A DNA stretch of 64,000 bases from Perna viridis. Taxonomy: Eukaryota. The stretch spans positions 40,616,862-40,680,861 of the forward strand of contig CM074511.1 of assembly GCA_037379345.1 (NCBI GenBank), in the 5' to 3' direction. The notes beneath the pieces were generated by a model. The model was given only the letters and a program-made list of their open reading frames with translations, was not told the origin of the DNA and searched no databases. Positions 63,169-64,000 of the stretch are shown here, in pieces; the stretch's first letter is position 1; each line of letters opens with the position of its first letter. The translations under genes were made by a program, and so were the position numbers.

Positions 63169-64000
63169 CTAATAGTCCATCTTGCATTTGCAGGTTTTAT
63201 TGACGTATTTGAAAATATCATAATACAACATGATACAATTTATTTATCAAGATACGCTGTACTTTATTTCTTATCGGCAATTGCATTTCCAGACAGTGAA
63301 CGTAAAGTAAACGTGTTTGGTTGTAATTAAAAGTGGTATATGTTATGAAACGACCAATATCTCGAAACAATAAAATAAAGGAAAATGTATAAATGTCTGC
63401 ACATTAGACACCATGTTTCAATTACCATAAGAAAATATATGTATATTGCATAGTACAAAAAATATCACTCATATTAACACTGCACATTTAGAAATAATGT
63501 ACTCGCGTTTCAAGGAGACAACGCTCATCACCAACATCTGAACAAAATACATAGGACGATTTAAATCAGGGAACAAATTGGACCAATTATAATATTCGAA
63601 ACGAAAATTGCATTCTCCATGAAAGAAGTGATTTTGTTTGAATTATTTCCCAGAGTTGTAGTGATACGTTGATCAAAATAGTTCCATCCACCAGATTGCG
63701 CCCAAAATATTAGTTATACTACTTAAAAGAGAAAAGTAACTGCATTGTAGGGTTGGAAATAACCATTATTATTGTGGACGTTTTTTTTTTGCTAATTCAT
63801 TTTGTCATCAGAGTTTGTACTGTAATGTCGTTTTTGAAAAATATGAATAAAAAAATCAGGATAGCCTTTGAAATAAATATACACATTTTTTTAAACTAAC
63901 CAGTCATAGAATAAACTTAATAAAAATAATTAAAAAAAATAATTAAAGAAAGATTTGACATTCTGGATGACACTAATTTATTTCCTTTAAGACTTTCCTC

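Overview
Eukaryotic, AT-rich, repeat-dense genomic DNA. It is most likely from a bivalve mollusc, inferred from a HINE/Helentron-type element, Meta- and Nin-domain SINE-like repeats, a Naiad-type Penelope-like RT and Crypton relics. No prokaryotic operons, CRISPR arrays, rRNA or tRNA genes are supported. The only intact host genes are three paralogous, single-exon, TATA-driven ~120-aa ankyrin-repeat genes on the + strand (ATG at 29874, 49696, 52854), resembling the N-terminal ankyrin region of ANKRD34-type proteins. They sit in a tandem segmental duplication (blocks A-B-C-A'-...-B'-C'-A''), whose paralogous empty sites resolve several insertions exactly. The rest is nested, mostly decayed mobile DNA: a ~3 kb foldback element and an older ~4 kb inverted repeat, each carrying the same 467-bp MITE; a Gypsy relic with its 3' LTR; a CR1/L2-group LINE with a 2A-like motif; three copies of a highly structured SINE-like element lacking a tRNA head; Crypton relics; and a Penelope-like RT fragment whose structured 3' UTR recurs about 9 times. 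All alignments and identities were judged by eye, and family names come from recalled motifs rather than database searches.
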